A stretch of DNA of 64,000 nt from Alphaproteobacteria bacterium (lineage in GTDB: Bacteria; Pseudomonadota; Alphaproteobacteria; JAAXGF01). Below the pieces are notes generated by a model. It was given only the letters and a program-made list of their open reading frames with translations. It did no database searches and was not told the origin of the DNA. The position numbers were made by a program, and so were the translations under genes. Each line of letters starts with the position of its first letter. The stretch's first letter is position 1. This document shows, in pieces, positions 21,355 to 31,697 of the stretch. The stretch is from positions 3,040,001 through 3,104,000 of the forward strand of contig CAUVXB020000002.1 of the NCBI GenBank assembly GCA_963555825.3, in the 5' to 3' direction.

Positions 21355-22992
21355 TCAGGCGTCGATCCACAGCTCGTTGACGAACATGTAGGTCGTCGGG
21401 TGCTGGGCGAAGCCCTTGACGCGCTTGTCCCAGCCCGAGAACGAACCGCGCCACAGCGGCTGCACGATCGGGCCGTCTTCCTGCATCAGCGTCTCGATCT
21501 CGCAGACCACCTCGCGCCGCGCATCGGCGTCGAGAATGCCCGAGGCCTTGACCAACAGCTCGTCGAACTTCGGGTTGGCATAGGCCGCCTCGTTCCACGG
21601 CACGCCCGAGCGATAGGCGAGACCAAGAACCATGACGCCGAGCGGACGGTGGGTCCACGACGTGAAGCCGAACGGCACCTTGTCCCAGACCTCCCAGTAC
21701 TGCGCCGACGGCATCGGGTTGATGGTCACCCGGATGCCCGCCTCGGCCCACTGCTGCTTCATCACCTGGACCGCGTCGAGCTCCCACTTGGGCGACGTCT
21801 TGCCGGCGATCTCGACGTCGATGCCGCCCGCGTGACCGGCCTCGGCCAAGAGCGCCTTGGCCGCCGCCGGGTCGCGCGTCATCTCAGGCAGCTTGCAGTA
21901 TTCCGGATGGATCGGGCAGACGTGGTGATGCTCGGCCGGCGTCCCGACATCGCCGTAGACGATGTCGCTGACCGCCTTGGTGTCGACCGCAAGACGCATC
22001 GCCTTGCGCACCCTGGGATCGTCCCACGGCGCGTTGCCGAGACGCATCCGCGCGACGCCGGTCTGCGCCGTCGGCACCGTGTAGATCTCGACATGCGACA
22101 TCGACTGCATCGCCGTCAGCGTCGTGATGTCGCCCTGGTTCATGCCGTGGATCTGCTTCGACGCCAAGGCGCCCAAGACCGCCGACGGCTCGTCGCCCAG
22201 ATCGAGATAGGTCACCCGGTCGACATAGGGACCGGTGCCCCAATAGTCGCTGCGCGCCTCGACAACCGCCTTCTGCTTGAAGCCGAACTCGACCAGATCG
22301 AACGGCCCGGTGCCGTTGCCGCCGACGCCGAACTTGCCGCCCTCCTCGGGATCGATCATCGGGAAGGGATAGTGGAACAGATGTTCCGGAACCGCCAACT
22401 CGGCGACCTTCGCGTTGAGCCGAACGGTGTGCGAATCGATCTTCTCGACGGCGTTGGCGTCCCACTTCGCCGAACCGTCGTCGTTCATCATGTAGCCCTT
22501 CATCAGGCCCAACACCGACGAACCCGTGTCCGGGTCCAAGACGTGGTTGATGTTCCACACCACGTCGTCGGCATCGAACTCGCGCCCGTTGTGCCACTTG
22601 ATGCCCTTGCGCACGTTCAGCGTCCAGGTCCGCAAGTCGTCCGACGCCGACCAACTCTCCAACAGATAGGGCCGCGTCACGTTGTCGGTCCCGGTCTTGG
22701 TCAGATACTCCAGCACGTCGCGCGCGATGTCGGCGCCCCAGCTGAAGGTATGCGGATCCTTGACGTCGATGACGCCCGTCGCGATGCGCAGATGACCGCC
22801 CATCTTGGGCGTCTGGGCCGCCGCGCGCGGCGCGAAACTCTCGCCCGTCACCCGGCCCATGAAGGCATAGGCCGCCGCGGCCGACATGCCCAACAGCGTC
22901 GACGTGCGCAAAAACTCCCGCCGGTCGACCTTGCCCTCCGCGAAGTTCCGCTTCAGCGTCGGGATATATCCATGTTCCCTGACTTCTTTCAT
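21355..22992 (-). CDS. Family-5 ABC substrate-binding protein, Tat-exported, canonical domain order
   Basis: VDRREFL, SWSASDDLRTWTLNVRKGIKWHNG near the N-terminus, GTGPF, WDDPRVRKAM. Confidence 0.92.
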   Translation of the reverse strand: MKEVREHGYIPTLKRNFAEGKVDRREFLRTSTLLGMSAAAAYAFMGRVTGESFAPRAAAQTPKMGGHLRIATGVIDVKDPHTFSWGADIARDVLEYLTKTGTDNVTRPYLLESWSASDDLRTWTLNVRKGIKWHNGREFDADDVVWNINHVLDPDTGSSVLGLMKGYMMNDDGSAKWDANAVEKIDSHTVRLNAKVAELAVPEHLFHYPFPMIDPEEGGKFGVGGNGTGPFDLVEFGFKQKAVVEARSDYWGTGPYVDRVTYLDLGDEPSAVLGALASKQIHGMNQGDITTLTAMQSMSHVEIYTVPTAQTGVARMRLGNAPWDDPRVRKAMRLAVDTKAVSDIVYGDVGTPAEHHHVCPIHPEYCKLPEMTRDPAAAKALLAEAGHAGGIDVEIAGKTSPKWELDAVQVMKQQWAEAGIRVTINPMPSAQYWEVWDKVPFGFTSWTHRPLGVMVLGLAYRSGVPWNEAAYANPKFDELLVKASGILDADARREVVCEIETLMQEDGPIVQPLWRGSFSGWDKRVKGFAQHPTTYMFVNELWIDA

Positions 22993-23164
22993 GACGTCAT
23001 ATCTCCCTGTTTTGGTTCGCCGTGCCGACGGCGTCTTTTCCCAGTTTGGCGCTGTCGCATCGAACCGACAGTCTGCGACCATCCTTTTGGGCGGCGCCCG
23101 GGTTGTCAATCACGATACCGCAGGCGAGAGGCCGAATGATGTCGTTTTTTGGACATTGGTGTGA

Positions 23165-23308
23165 TTATTCGGGTGGTGGGGCCGCGCCGGGCGCCAGGTG
23201 CTGGGCCAGCGCGACGACCTTGCCGGCCTCGATGCCGACGTCGCAGACCACCGTATCGGCGGCGGTGACGACGATGCCACCGCGGATGACGAGATCGAAT
23301 TTAGCCAT
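23165..23308 (-). pseudogene. N-terminal fragment of a dihydropyrimidinase/hydantoinase-type amidohydrolase
   Basis: SD GGGAG then MAKFDLVIRGGIVVTAADTVVCDVGIEAGKVVAL; stops after 47 aa, before the PGxxDxH motif. Confidence 0.75.
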
Positions 23309-23497
23309 CGGCGTTCTCCCGTGCCTGCCGCGCCGCCGACGCGAAGGCGCCTCAATTTCGCCGCAACGCGGGACGACTATTCTCCATCTCGCCGCCACGA
23401 GGCGAGCAAATTCGGCGGCCGAGCGCAGCTGTCCATGGTGAGACATCCCCGCTAAGCTCGGACGTGGGTTTGTCGGCGACAACCAGGGTGAGGGGTC

Positions 23498-25594
23498 ATG
23501 CAATCCAGATTTGCGAAGGTCTCGGCCGGCGTCGCCGGTGTGGCGATGGGCCTTGTCATGGCGCTCGCCGACGCGGCGGCGGCTGAGCTCACGCTCAAGC
23601 GCGTGCTGCTGTCGACCGGCGGTGTCGGATACTTCGAGCACGAGGCCGTCATCGACGGCAACGCGACACTCGAACTCGAGGTGCGCCTCGACCAGGTCGA
23701 CGACGTCCTCAAAAGCATCGTCGTCTTCGACGACAAGGGCGGCGTCGGCGCGATCAGCCTGCCGGGGCGCGAGCCGCTCGCGCAGGTCTTCCGCGACCTG
23801 CCCTTCGGGCCCGAGGCGTTGGTCTCGCGCGCGGCGCTCTTGAACGCCCTGCGCGGCGCGCGCGTGCGTATCGCCGGCGACCGCCTGATCGAGGGCCGCC
23901 TGCTCGCGGTCGAGCCCGAGGTGGCGCGGCTGCCCGGCGACGGCGGCACAATCACGCGCCATCGGGTCAGCCTGATGGCCGTCTCGGGGCTGCGTCAGTT
24001 CATCCTCGAGGACGCCGAGACGCTCGAGTTCATCGATCCGGCGCTCGGCGCCCAGGTCGACCAGGCGCTCGCCGCGATCACCGCCCATCGCGCCCAAGAC
24101 AAGCGCCGGCTCAGCGTCGAGATGCTCGGCGAGGGGCGGCGCACGGTGCGCGTCGCCTATGTCGTCGCGACGCCGTTGTGGAAGGCGACCTACCGTCTGA
24201 TCCTGCCGCCCGAGGGCGGCGAGCCGAGCGCGCTCATGCAGGGCTGGGCGGTGATCGAGAACATGAGCGGGACGGCATGGGACGGCGTCGAGCTGACGCT
24301 CGCCTCGGGCAACCCGGTGACCTTCCGCCAAGCGCTCTACACCGCCTATTACGTGCACCGCCCCGAAGTGCCGGTCGAGGTGCTCGGCCGCGTGCTGCCG
24401 CCGCCCGACACGGGTGTCATCGGCGGTTTGATGGGTGGCGAGCAGGCGGCGGGGCTCCAGAAGAAGGAACGCGAGGCGCGGGCAGCGATGGACGCGCTGT
24501 CGATGATGGCCGCCGAGCCGTCGGCCGGCATGGCCTTCGCGGAGATGGCCGTGGCCGGCGCCGCGGCGCCGGCGCCGGCGCCGATGTCGCTGGCGCTCAA
24601 CAACGCCGCCGAGAGCGAGGAGACCGCGACCCAGGTTGTGTTCCGCGTGCCGCAGCCGGTCAGCGTCGCCTCGGGCCATTCGTTGGTCGTCGCGATGGTC
24701 AACGAGGAGGTGCCGGCGCAGCGCTTCGCCCATTTCCTACCGCGCACCCACGCGAGCCATCCGCTCGCCTCGGTACGGCTTGACAACGACACCGAGAGCG
24801 GCCTGCCGCCCGGCGTGTTGACGCTGTATGAACGCAGCGCCAAGACCGGCGTGGTGGCCTATGTCGGCGACGCCAGGCTGGCGACCCTGCCGGCCGGCGA
24901 GGACCGTCTGGTCGGCTTCGCGCTCGATCAGAAGACGCGCATCGAGCAAGACGTCAAGACCAAGCGCTCGATCTTCGGCGGCTCGATCAGCCGCGGCGTC
25001 TTCGCGCTGACGCGGATCGAGCGGCAGACGACGATCTATCGGCTCAAGGCGCCGGCGCGCGAGGCGCGTGCGGTGCTGATCGACCATCCGCGGCACGCCG
25101 ATTGGAAGCTGATCGAGCCGGCCGAAGACGACATCGATCTGATCGATGGCGGCTACCGTTTCGAGGTCGCCATCGAGGCCGGCGCCGAAGCGACCTTCGA
25201 GGTCACGGTCGAACGCCCGGTGACGCAGTCGTTGGGCATCACCTCTCTGACGCTCGCGCAGATCGTCCGCTACGCCAGCACCGGCGCGCTCGATGCGAAG
25301 CTCCGCGAGGCGTTCGAGCGGCTCGCCGAGCTCAAGCGCGAGGTCGTGCGCCACGAGCAGCGCATGGCCGAACTCGAGCGCGAGCGCCTGGTCATTCATC
25401 AGGAGCAAAAGCGCATCCGCGACAACCTCGGCCGCATCCCGACCGGCAGCGATCTGCACCGGCGTTATCTGCGCAAGCTCGACGCCCAGGAGGACAAGCT
25501 CGAGACCATCCTGGAGGGCTTCGACCAGGCGCAACGCCGCCAGATCGAGGCCAGCCAGAAGCTCGACGACTACATCAAGACACTCAAGATTTGA
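23498..25594 (+). CDS. DUF4139-like exported protein with C-terminal coiled coil
   Basis: Signal peptide, GGVGYFE, VDDVLKS, PLWKATYRL, QGWAVIENMSG..W.GVELTLASG.P; heptad-rich C-terminus. Confidence 0.8.
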   Translation: MQSRFAKVSAGVAGVAMGLVMALADAAAAELTLKRVLLSTGGVGYFEHEAVIDGNATLELEVRLDQVDDVLKSIVVFDDKGGVGAISLPGREPLAQVFRDLPFGPEALVSRAALLNALRGARVRIAGDRLIEGRLLAVEPEVARLPGDGGTITRHRVSLMAVSGLRQFILEDAETLEFIDPALGAQVDQALAAITAHRAQDKRRLSVEMLGEGRRTVRVAYVVATPLWKATYRLILPPEGGEPSALMQGWAVIENMSGTAWDGVELTLASGNPVTFRQALYTAYYVHRPEVPVEVLGRVLPPPDTGVIGGLMGGEQAAGLQKKEREARAAMDALSMMAAEPSAGMAFAEMAVAGAAAPAPAPMSLALNNAAESEETATQVVFRVPQPVSVASGHSLVVAMVNEEVPAQRFAHFLPRTHASHPLASVRLDNDTESGLPPGVLTLYERSAKTGVVAYVGDARLATLPAGEDRLVGFALDQKTRIEQDVKTKRSIFGGSISRGVFALTRIERQTTIYRLKAPAREARAVLIDHPRHADWKLIEPAEDDIDLIDGGYRFEVAIEAGAEATFEVTVERPVTQSLGITSLTLAQIVRYASTGALDAKLREAFERLAELKREVVRHEQRMAELERERLVIHQEQKRIRDNLGRIPTGSDLHRRYLRKLDAQEDKLETILEGFDQAQRRQIEASQKLDDYIKTLKI

Positions 25595-25646
25595 GCGCAA
25601 GTACAAAGGGCCGGCGCGGCGAATTTTCGCCGGCCGGCCCCGTGCG

Positions 25647-25806
25647 TTATTTATCAGTCACCGCACGATCCGATTGGATCGTGCCAGCCCGCGCCGGTCT
25701 TATTGGGACAAGAGGGGGGCCGCCGACCGTTCGGCGGAAGCATGCGCGACGATTGAGCGCAGGTCACCGCAGGTGACCGCGCTAAAAGATGACTGTACAA
25801 ATACTA
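25647..25806 (+). repeat. MITE-like structured dispersed repeat, copy B
   Basis: 25691-25768 matches the reverse complement of 58767-58844 at 74/78 nt. Confidence 0.8.
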
Positions 25807-27312
25807 ACCTCTATCGACGTCGACCGCGACGAAGCTTGGCGCATCGCCGCGCTTGAACAGGATCAGCACCTTCTTGCACTCGTCGGTGCAGACCTTCTCG
25901 AGGATGGCGGCCGCTTGGCCCGGCGAATTCACCGGCTCGAGGCCGATTTCGAGGATGATGTCGCCGGGCCGGATGCCTTCCGCCGCGGCGCTGCTGTTCG
26001 GGTCGATCATCGTGACCAGGACGCCCTCGTTTTCGTCGCCGAGGTCGTAGCGCTCGCGCAGCTCATCGGTGATCGCGACGAGCGTCATGCCGAGCGTTTC
26101 GACTTCGGGCGCCTCGGGCTCGGGGCTCTCGGTGGTCAGCGACGCGAACACCGGCTGGGTCTCGTCGAGCTCGGCGATCTTGACCGCGATGGTTATCTCC
26201 TCGCCCTTGCGCAGGACGACGACGTCGACGAACTCGTCGATTCTGGTCGCCGCGACGATGCGCGGCAGGTCGCGCATCTCGGGGATGTCCTGGCTGTTGA
26301 ACTCGAGGATGACGTCGCCGGTCTTGATGCCGGCGGCGGCGGCCGGACTGTCCGGCGTGACGTCGGCGACCAGGGCGCCGCGCGGCTCATCGAGACCCAG
26401 GCTCTCGGCGATGTCCTCGTTGACCGACTGGATGCGCACGCCGAGCCAGCCGCGCCGCGTGCGGCCGTATTCCTGCAGTTGCGCGATCACCGGATGAGCC
26501 AGCGAAGAGGGCACCGCGAAGCCGATGCCGACGCTGCCGCCCGACGGCGAGAAGATCGCCGTGTTGATGCCGATGACGTCGCCGTCCATGTTGAACAGCG
26601 GGCCACCCGAGTTGCCCCGGTTGATCGAGGCGTCGGTCTGCAGGAAGTCGTCGTAGGGACCGGCGTTGATGTCGCGGCCGCGCGCCGAAAGGATGCCGGC
26701 CGTCACGGTGTTGCCCAGGCCGAACGGGTTGCCGATGGCGACCACCCAGTCACCGACGCGGACGTTGTCGGAATCGCCGAATGTCACCGCCGTCAGTGGC
26801 GCGTCGGGCTCGAACTTCAAGAGCGCCAGATCGGTCTTCTTGTCGCGCCCGATGACCTCGGCCGGATAGCGGCGCTCGTCATGCAACACGACGGTGATCT
26901 CGTCGGCCTCGGCGATGACATGGTTGTTGGTTACCACCAGGCCCGAGACGTCGATGATGAAGCCAGAGCCCAGCGAGGTAATCTGCCTGGGGCGGTTTTC
27001 GTTGCCGCGCTGCTGCTGCTCGAAGAACTCGCGGAACAGGTCTTCGAAGGGCGAACCGGGCGGCACCTGCGGCAGGACGTCGGACATGTTCGGCGTTTTA
27101 ACGCTCTGCGCCGTCGAGATGTTGACGACCGCCGGAGTCAAGCGCTCGGCGAGGTCGGCGAAACTGTCGGGTGCACCGCGCGCAAAGGCGCCGCAGGACA
27201 TCAGGAATATCGTCAGCATCGTCAGCACGCCGAACAGGCGGGCAATATAGATGTCGCGGTGCGGCGCGGCGACCGCTCGTGGCGCCGCAGCGTTGTTGGG
27301 GAATATCTTCAC
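25804..27312 (-). CDS. degP: Do/DegP-family periplasmic serine endoprotease with two PDZ domains
   Basis: LGSGFII, TNNHVI, TDLALLK, QTDASINRGNSGGPL, RGWLGV; GTG start after GGAG. Confidence 0.9.
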   Translation of the reverse strand: MKIFPNNAAAPRAVAAPHRDIYIARLFGVLTMLTIFLMSCGAFARGAPDSFADLAERLTPAVVNISTAQSVKTPNMSDVLPQVPPGSPFEDLFREFFEQQQRGNENRPRQITSLGSGFIIDVSGLVVTNNHVIAEADEITVVLHDERRYPAEVIGRDKKTDLALLKFEPDAPLTAVTFGDSDNVRVGDWVVAIGNPFGLGNTVTAGILSARGRDINAGPYDDFLQTDASINRGNSGGPLFNMDGDVIGINTAIFSPSGGSVGIGFAVPSSLAHPVIAQLQEYGRTRRGWLGVRIQSVNEDIAESLGLDEPRGALVADVTPDSPAAAAGIKTGDVILEFNSQDIPEMRDLPRIVAATRIDEFVDVVVLRKGEEITIAVKIAELDETQPVFASLTTESPEPEAPEVETLGMTLVAITDELRERYDLGDENEGVLVTMIDPNSSAAAEGIRPGDIILEIGLEPVNSPGQAAAILEKVCTDECKKVLILFKRGDAPSFVAVDVDRG

Positions 27313-27488
27313 GAAACGATCTCCATTTTGGCTCACGTCGCTACTCCTGAATGACAGAATATCACATACTCGGTTGCATCGGCATAAAGAGGAGCGTCGC
27401 CGGGCGGGAGGGGGTCGCCCGCCCGGCGACATGCACGCCGGTGGGCTGGTGGTGGCGTGCATCTGGGTATCGAAACTAGTGGCGTCAA

Positions 27489-27528
27489 GCTGAACGGAGG
27501 CTGAGCGTGTCGTTCATTTGCGGTTCAT
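27489..27528. promoter_or_regulatory. Two oppositely oriented OmpR/PhoB-type tandem boxes
   Basis: GCTGAAC-N4-GCTGAGC and GTTCAT-N5-GTTCAT, each with 11-bp period. Confidence 0.6.
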
Positions 27529-27552
27529 CTGGTTGTTGATAGCGTGCGCGCC

Positions 27553-27897
27553 ATGAATTTTCGGCCGATCATTCTATTGCTGGTGGCCTGGGCCGTGATC
27601 GCGCCGGCGGGCGCTGGCTGGGCCGGCGAGCAGGACGAGGCGCGCCGCGCCTACCAAGCCGGCGAGGTCGTCTCGCTTGGGCAGATCCTCAATCGGGTCA
27701 CCGGCGCCTACGAATGCCGCGTGCTGGCCGTCGAGCTGAATAAGGCGCGGTCCTCGGGATCCCGCAAGCGCTGGGTCTATTCGGTCAAGGCGATGACCCG
27801 CAAGGGCCACATCCTGATGTTCAAGCTCGACGGCATGACCATGAACTTCCTCTCGATCGCGGGTCGCGGCGCCGACGCCGCGCGCCGGAAACCCTGA
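27553..27897 (+). CDS. PepSY-like small exported protein
   Basis: Signal peptide, DEARRA..AGEVVSL..IL, V..VEL, YSVK; coupled to the response regulator. Confidence 0.8.
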   Translation: MNFRPIILLLVAWAVIAPAGAGWAGEQDEARRAYQAGEVVSLGQILNRVTGAYECRVLAVELNKARSSGSRKRWVYSVKAMTRKGHILMFKLDGMTMNFLSIAGRGADAARRKP

Positions 27898-28577
27898 TGC
27901 GGTTGCTCATCGTCGAGGACGAGCAGGATCTCGCGCGCCAGATGTCGGAGGCGCTGCGCGCCGCCGACTATGCGGTCGACGTGGCCCAGGACGGCGAGGA
28001 GGCACAGTACCTCGGCGAGGTCGAGCCGTACGATGCCGTCATTCTCGATCTCGGGCTACCGGTCGTCGACGGGCTCACCGTGCTCAGGCGCTGGCGCCAG
28101 GCCGGCCGGACCATGCCGGTGCTGATCCTGACCGCGCGCGATACCTGGAGCGAGAAGGTCGAGGGCTTCGACGCCGGCGCCGACGATTATGTCGCCAAGC
28201 CGTTCAGCATGGAGGAGCTGCTCGCCCGCATCCGTGCCTTGATCCGGCGCGCCGCCGGTCATGCGAGCGCTGAACTCGAGTGCGGCCCGGTACGCATGGA
28301 CACGCGCAACCGGCGGGTCAGCGTCGACGGCGCGCCGGTCGCGCTGACGGCGCATGAAACGAAGCTGATCGCCTATTTCATGCACCACCAGAACAGGGTG
28401 ATATCGCGCACCGAGCTGGTCGAGCACATCTACGATCAGGATTTCGACCGCGATTCCAACAGCATCGAGGTCTTCGTCGGCCGCTTGCGAAAGAAGCTCG
28501 GCGTCGACGTCATCACGACGCTGCGCGGCCAGGGCTACATGATGGCGCCGCCCGACGGCGGCGCCGAGGAACAATGA
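27897..28577 (+). CDS. OmpR/PhoB-family response regulator (FeuP/PhoP-like)
   Basis: LIVEDE, LDLGLP, LTAR, GADDYVAKPF, SNSIEVFVGRLRKKL, T.RG.GY. Confidence 0.96.
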   Translation: MRLLIVEDEQDLARQMSEALRAADYAVDVAQDGEEAQYLGEVEPYDAVILDLGLPVVDGLTVLRRWRQAGRTMPVLILTARDTWSEKVEGFDAGADDYVAKPFSMEELLARIRALIRRAAGHASAELECGPVRMDTRNRRVSVDGAPVALTAHETKLIAYFMHHQNRVISRTELVEHIYDQDFDRDSNSIEVFVGRLRKKLGVDVITTLRGQGYMMAPPDGGAEEQ

Positions 28578-29911
28578 CCGGCAACTCGCTCGGCTTCCGG
28601 CTCGCCGCCGGCGCCGTGTTGTGGATCACGGCGGCGCTGGTGGTCGCCGGTTTCGTGCTTTCGGGCCTGTTCCGCGATCACGTCGAGCAGAGCTTCGAGC
28701 GCGAGCTGGCCGTCCAGCTCGACCGCCTCGCCGCGGTCAGCCGGGTCGGGCCAAAGGGCATGCTCGAGCTCAAGCGGGTCATCGTCGATCCGCGATTCTT
28801 CGACGCCTACTCGGGCTGGTACTGGCAGATCGCCGGACCCGATGGGCCGATCTTCCGCTCGCGATCGCTATGGGATCAGGCGCTCGCCATCGACCGCGGG
28901 ACACTGCCGGCCGACACGATCGAACGCTACGCCATCACCGGACCGAACGATCAGACCTTGTGGGGCCTGCGGCGCAACATCACGCTGCCCCGTTCGCAGA
29001 CGGTGTATCAGATCACCGTCGCCGCCGACGTCGCCGAGACGCGCGCGGCGATCGAGGGCTTCAACACGACGCTCGCGCTCTCGCTCGTCGTTCTCGGCGT
29101 CGGCCTGTTCGCCGCCGTCGTCATACAGGTGCACTACGGCCTGTCGCCGATGCGCCGCCTGCGCCGCGCGCTGGCCGACGTGCGCGCCGGCTCGACCGCG
29201 CGCCTGGTCGGCCGTTTCCCCGACGAGGTAACGCCGCTCGCCGACGAGCTCAACGCGCTGCTCGACCACAACGCCGCCGTCGTCGAGCGCGCGCGCACCC
29301 ACATCGGCAACCTCGCCCACGCGCTCAAGACACCGCTGTCGGTCATTGCCAACGCGGCGGCCGAGGGCGACGGCGCCCTGGCCGACACCGTGCGCCTGCA
29401 GGTCACCAGGATGGGCGGCTTGGTCGATCATCACCTGGCGCGCGCGCGCACCGTCGCCGCCGCCAGCGTGATCGGCGCGCGCACCGACGCCCGGGCGGTC
29501 GGCGAGGAACTGCGCCGCACGCTGGCGCGCCTCTACCCCGACCGCGAGATCGTCATCGTCGACGGCGATGCGGCCGATGCCGTGTTCCTTGGCGAGCACC
29601 AGGACCTGCAGGAGATGGTCGGCAATCTCATGGACAACGCCTGTAAATGGTCGCGCGAGACGGTGCGCGTGAGCTTGGCGCGGCGCGGCCAACGTCTCGC
29701 GATCAGCGTCGAGGACGACGGCCCGGGTCTCGCGCCCGACGCCCGCGCCCGCGTCTTCGACCGCGGCAGCCGGTTCGACGAGGCGGTGCCCGGCGACGGT
29801 CTCGGGCTTGGCATCGTGCGCGACGTGGCGGAACTTTACGGCGGATCGGTCAGCCTGACGGACTCGGCGCTCGGCGGCCTCAGCGCCACGCTCGACCTGC
29901 CGGCGGCATAG
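28574..29911 (+). CDS. Sensor histidine kinase (FeuQ/PhoQ-like)
   Basis: Two TM segments, HAMP, LAHALKTPL, NLMDNACKW, EDDGPG, GLGLGIV. Confidence 0.95.
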   Translation: MTGNSLGFRLAAGAVLWITAALVVAGFVLSGLFRDHVEQSFERELAVQLDRLAAVSRVGPKGMLELKRVIVDPRFFDAYSGWYWQIAGPDGPIFRSRSLWDQALAIDRGTLPADTIERYAITGPNDQTLWGLRRNITLPRSQTVYQITVAADVAETRAAIEGFNTTLALSLVVLGVGLFAAVVIQVHYGLSPMRRLRRALADVRAGSTARLVGRFPDEVTPLADELNALLDHNAAVVERARTHIGNLAHALKTPLSVIANAAAEGDGALADTVRLQVTRMGGLVDHHLARARTVAAASVIGARTDARAVGEELRRTLARLYPDREIVIVDGDAADAVFLGEHQDLQEMVGNLMDNACKWSRETVRVSLARRGQRLAISVEDDGPGLAPDARARVFDRGSRFDEAVPGDGLGLGIVRDVAELYGGSVSLTDSALGGLSATLDLPAA

Positions 29912-30117
29912 AACACCGACCCGCCAGCGGCGGTTTGTGTCTCGGGTTGAATTTCAGTCGAAACAGTGCCCGAAACGTCGGCCTTTTTTTGGATCATGTC
30001 CGCGTTGCGCGCGACAGCAGACCTTGGCGCGCGGTCATCGGCACAGCCGCTTTCGACCCGGATCAGACGGGTGCGAGTCTCGCATGGCAGTGATGTCTGC
30101 GGCTTGGTTCGTTGAGT

Positions 30118-31509
30118 TCAGGCAGCGATTGCCATGGCTGCTGCACGTGGACTGATGTTGTCGTTGGCCGGTGTGTCGGTTGCGCTGATCAGGGCCTTCC
30201 ATGCCCGCTCGAAGCGGCCGGATTTGATCAGGGCGCGGAAGGTCAGAACAGCCTGTCCGCCGACGATCCGCCAGCGCATGCCGGAGCGCTTCATGCGCTG
30301 TGTCACCAGGGTCTTGTTGGCAGCTTCGACCACGCCTGAGCCGATGGCGATGCCCTCTTCCTTCAGGGCGTGGTAGCGCATGCGATGGCGATGCTTGCGG
30401 AAGAAGGCGAGTTCCCGCTCGGTCTCGGCCCGGTCCGGCGCAGCGGCGGCATCGCGAAGGTGGCGCAGCGCCCGGATCACCTTGGCGACGCCACGGGGAT
30501 CGTGACGGAGGATCTCGCGGTACTTCTCGAACCAGCCGGGCGCCACGGCATGGTCGGACGCGGTTTGCAGATGTTCGCAAGCATGCCAGAAGTCGATCAC
30601 CTCGGTTTCGGGCGACAGGGTCTCCAGGAAGGTCCAGTTGTCGGCGGCGCCATCGGCGATAGCGACGATCCCGATCTCGGGGCGTGCTCGCCTGATGTGT
30701 GCGACTTCGCTTGCAAGCTGCGCCTTCAGCGTGAGCTTGCCGCTCTCCGGCATGCGGCCGAGATAGAGGGTCTTCAGGCGCTTGCCCTCGGCGTCGTGGA
30801 AGGAGACCGTGCCGCAGGCAGCCTCGCGCCAGGAGGCCTTGGCGCGACCGTCCTCGCCGGGTCTCAGCGGCACCATGACGCCGTCGAGGGAGACCGAGGC
30901 GGTGGTCGCGTCCTGCGGTATGCCCTCGGCCTCACGGATGCTGCCCAGCGTCTCCGGGCCGAGGCTCTCCCAGCATTCGTGCATGCTCAGGGTCAGGCGC
31001 TGCAGGGTGCTCACCGACGGCGTCATGGCGCCGGTCTTCGCAAAGAACGCCGCCGCTTCCCGGGCCGTGCAGTGACCCATCATCAGCAGACCGAGCTCGG
31101 CCGCCGGCCGCGTCAGGTAATCGTCGACGAGGCCCAGGCTCTCGTCGACCGGCACCGGCGATGCCCCGCTCGCGCCGCTGCGGTAACGCGCTCGCCGGTA
31201 GGTCACCGGACCGAGCGAGGTCATGATCGTCTTCGGCGTCACCGCGACCCGGAACCAGCTCTGCCCGTCCCGCTCGATCCGGGAAGCGCCATCGTCCCGG
31301 TTCTCGATGACGGCGCCCATGACATCGCGAGCGAACTCGTTCGTGGCCTCACGCACCCGCAACTCGACCTCCTCGGGCGCCTCGGGGCGCGGCTCGGAAC
31401 GAAGCTCCTCGCGACACAGTGCGAGCACCCGGGCGGCCGCCTCGACGACCCGAGGAGGCAGGCCGGAAAGATCGATGGACGAAGGCGCCGGAGGCGGGGA
31501 TACTGCCAT
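30118..31509 (-). CDS. DDE transposase (ISKra4/ISLre2-like)
   Basis: SLDGVMV, IADGA..NW, DFWHACEHL, IGSGVVEAANK..V..RMKRSGMRW. Confidence 0.92.
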   Translation of the reverse strand: MAVSPPPAPSSIDLSGLPPRVVEAAARVLALCREELRSEPRPEAPEEVELRVREATNEFARDVMGAVIENRDDGASRIERDGQSWFRVAVTPKTIMTSLGPVTYRRARYRSGASGASPVPVDESLGLVDDYLTRPAAELGLLMMGHCTAREAAAFFAKTGAMTPSVSTLQRLTLSMHECWESLGPETLGSIREAEGIPQDATTASVSLDGVMVPLRPGEDGRAKASWREAACGTVSFHDAEGKRLKTLYLGRMPESGKLTLKAQLASEVAHIRRARPEIGIVAIADGAADNWTFLETLSPETEVIDFWHACEHLQTASDHAVAPGWFEKYREILRHDPRGVAKVIRALRHLRDAAAAPDRAETERELAFFRKHRHRMRYHALKEEGIAIGSGVVEAANKTLVTQRMKRSGMRWRIVGGQAVLTFRALIKSGRFERAWKALISATDTPANDNISPRAAAMAIAA

Positions 31510-31684
31510 GGGAATGCTCCCGATGTTGGGTTTCGAGACACGGCATCGTACCGCTTCTGGCGGTGCGGAGCGTTCCCACCTTCCCCTGCTCGACCCTGCC
31601 GTCGTAACAAAATCCTGCCTTGGAGCGGCCCATTGTCACGAATAGCCGATTTCGGCCGTTCGTCTCGACACAAAAAACGCACTA

Positions 31685-31697
31685 AATCAATGACTTA
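31685..31697 (+). promoter_or_regulatory. IHF-like site inside the IS left end
   Basis: AATCAATGACTTA matches WATCAANNNNTTR; copy 2 has one mismatch. Confidence 0.5.
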
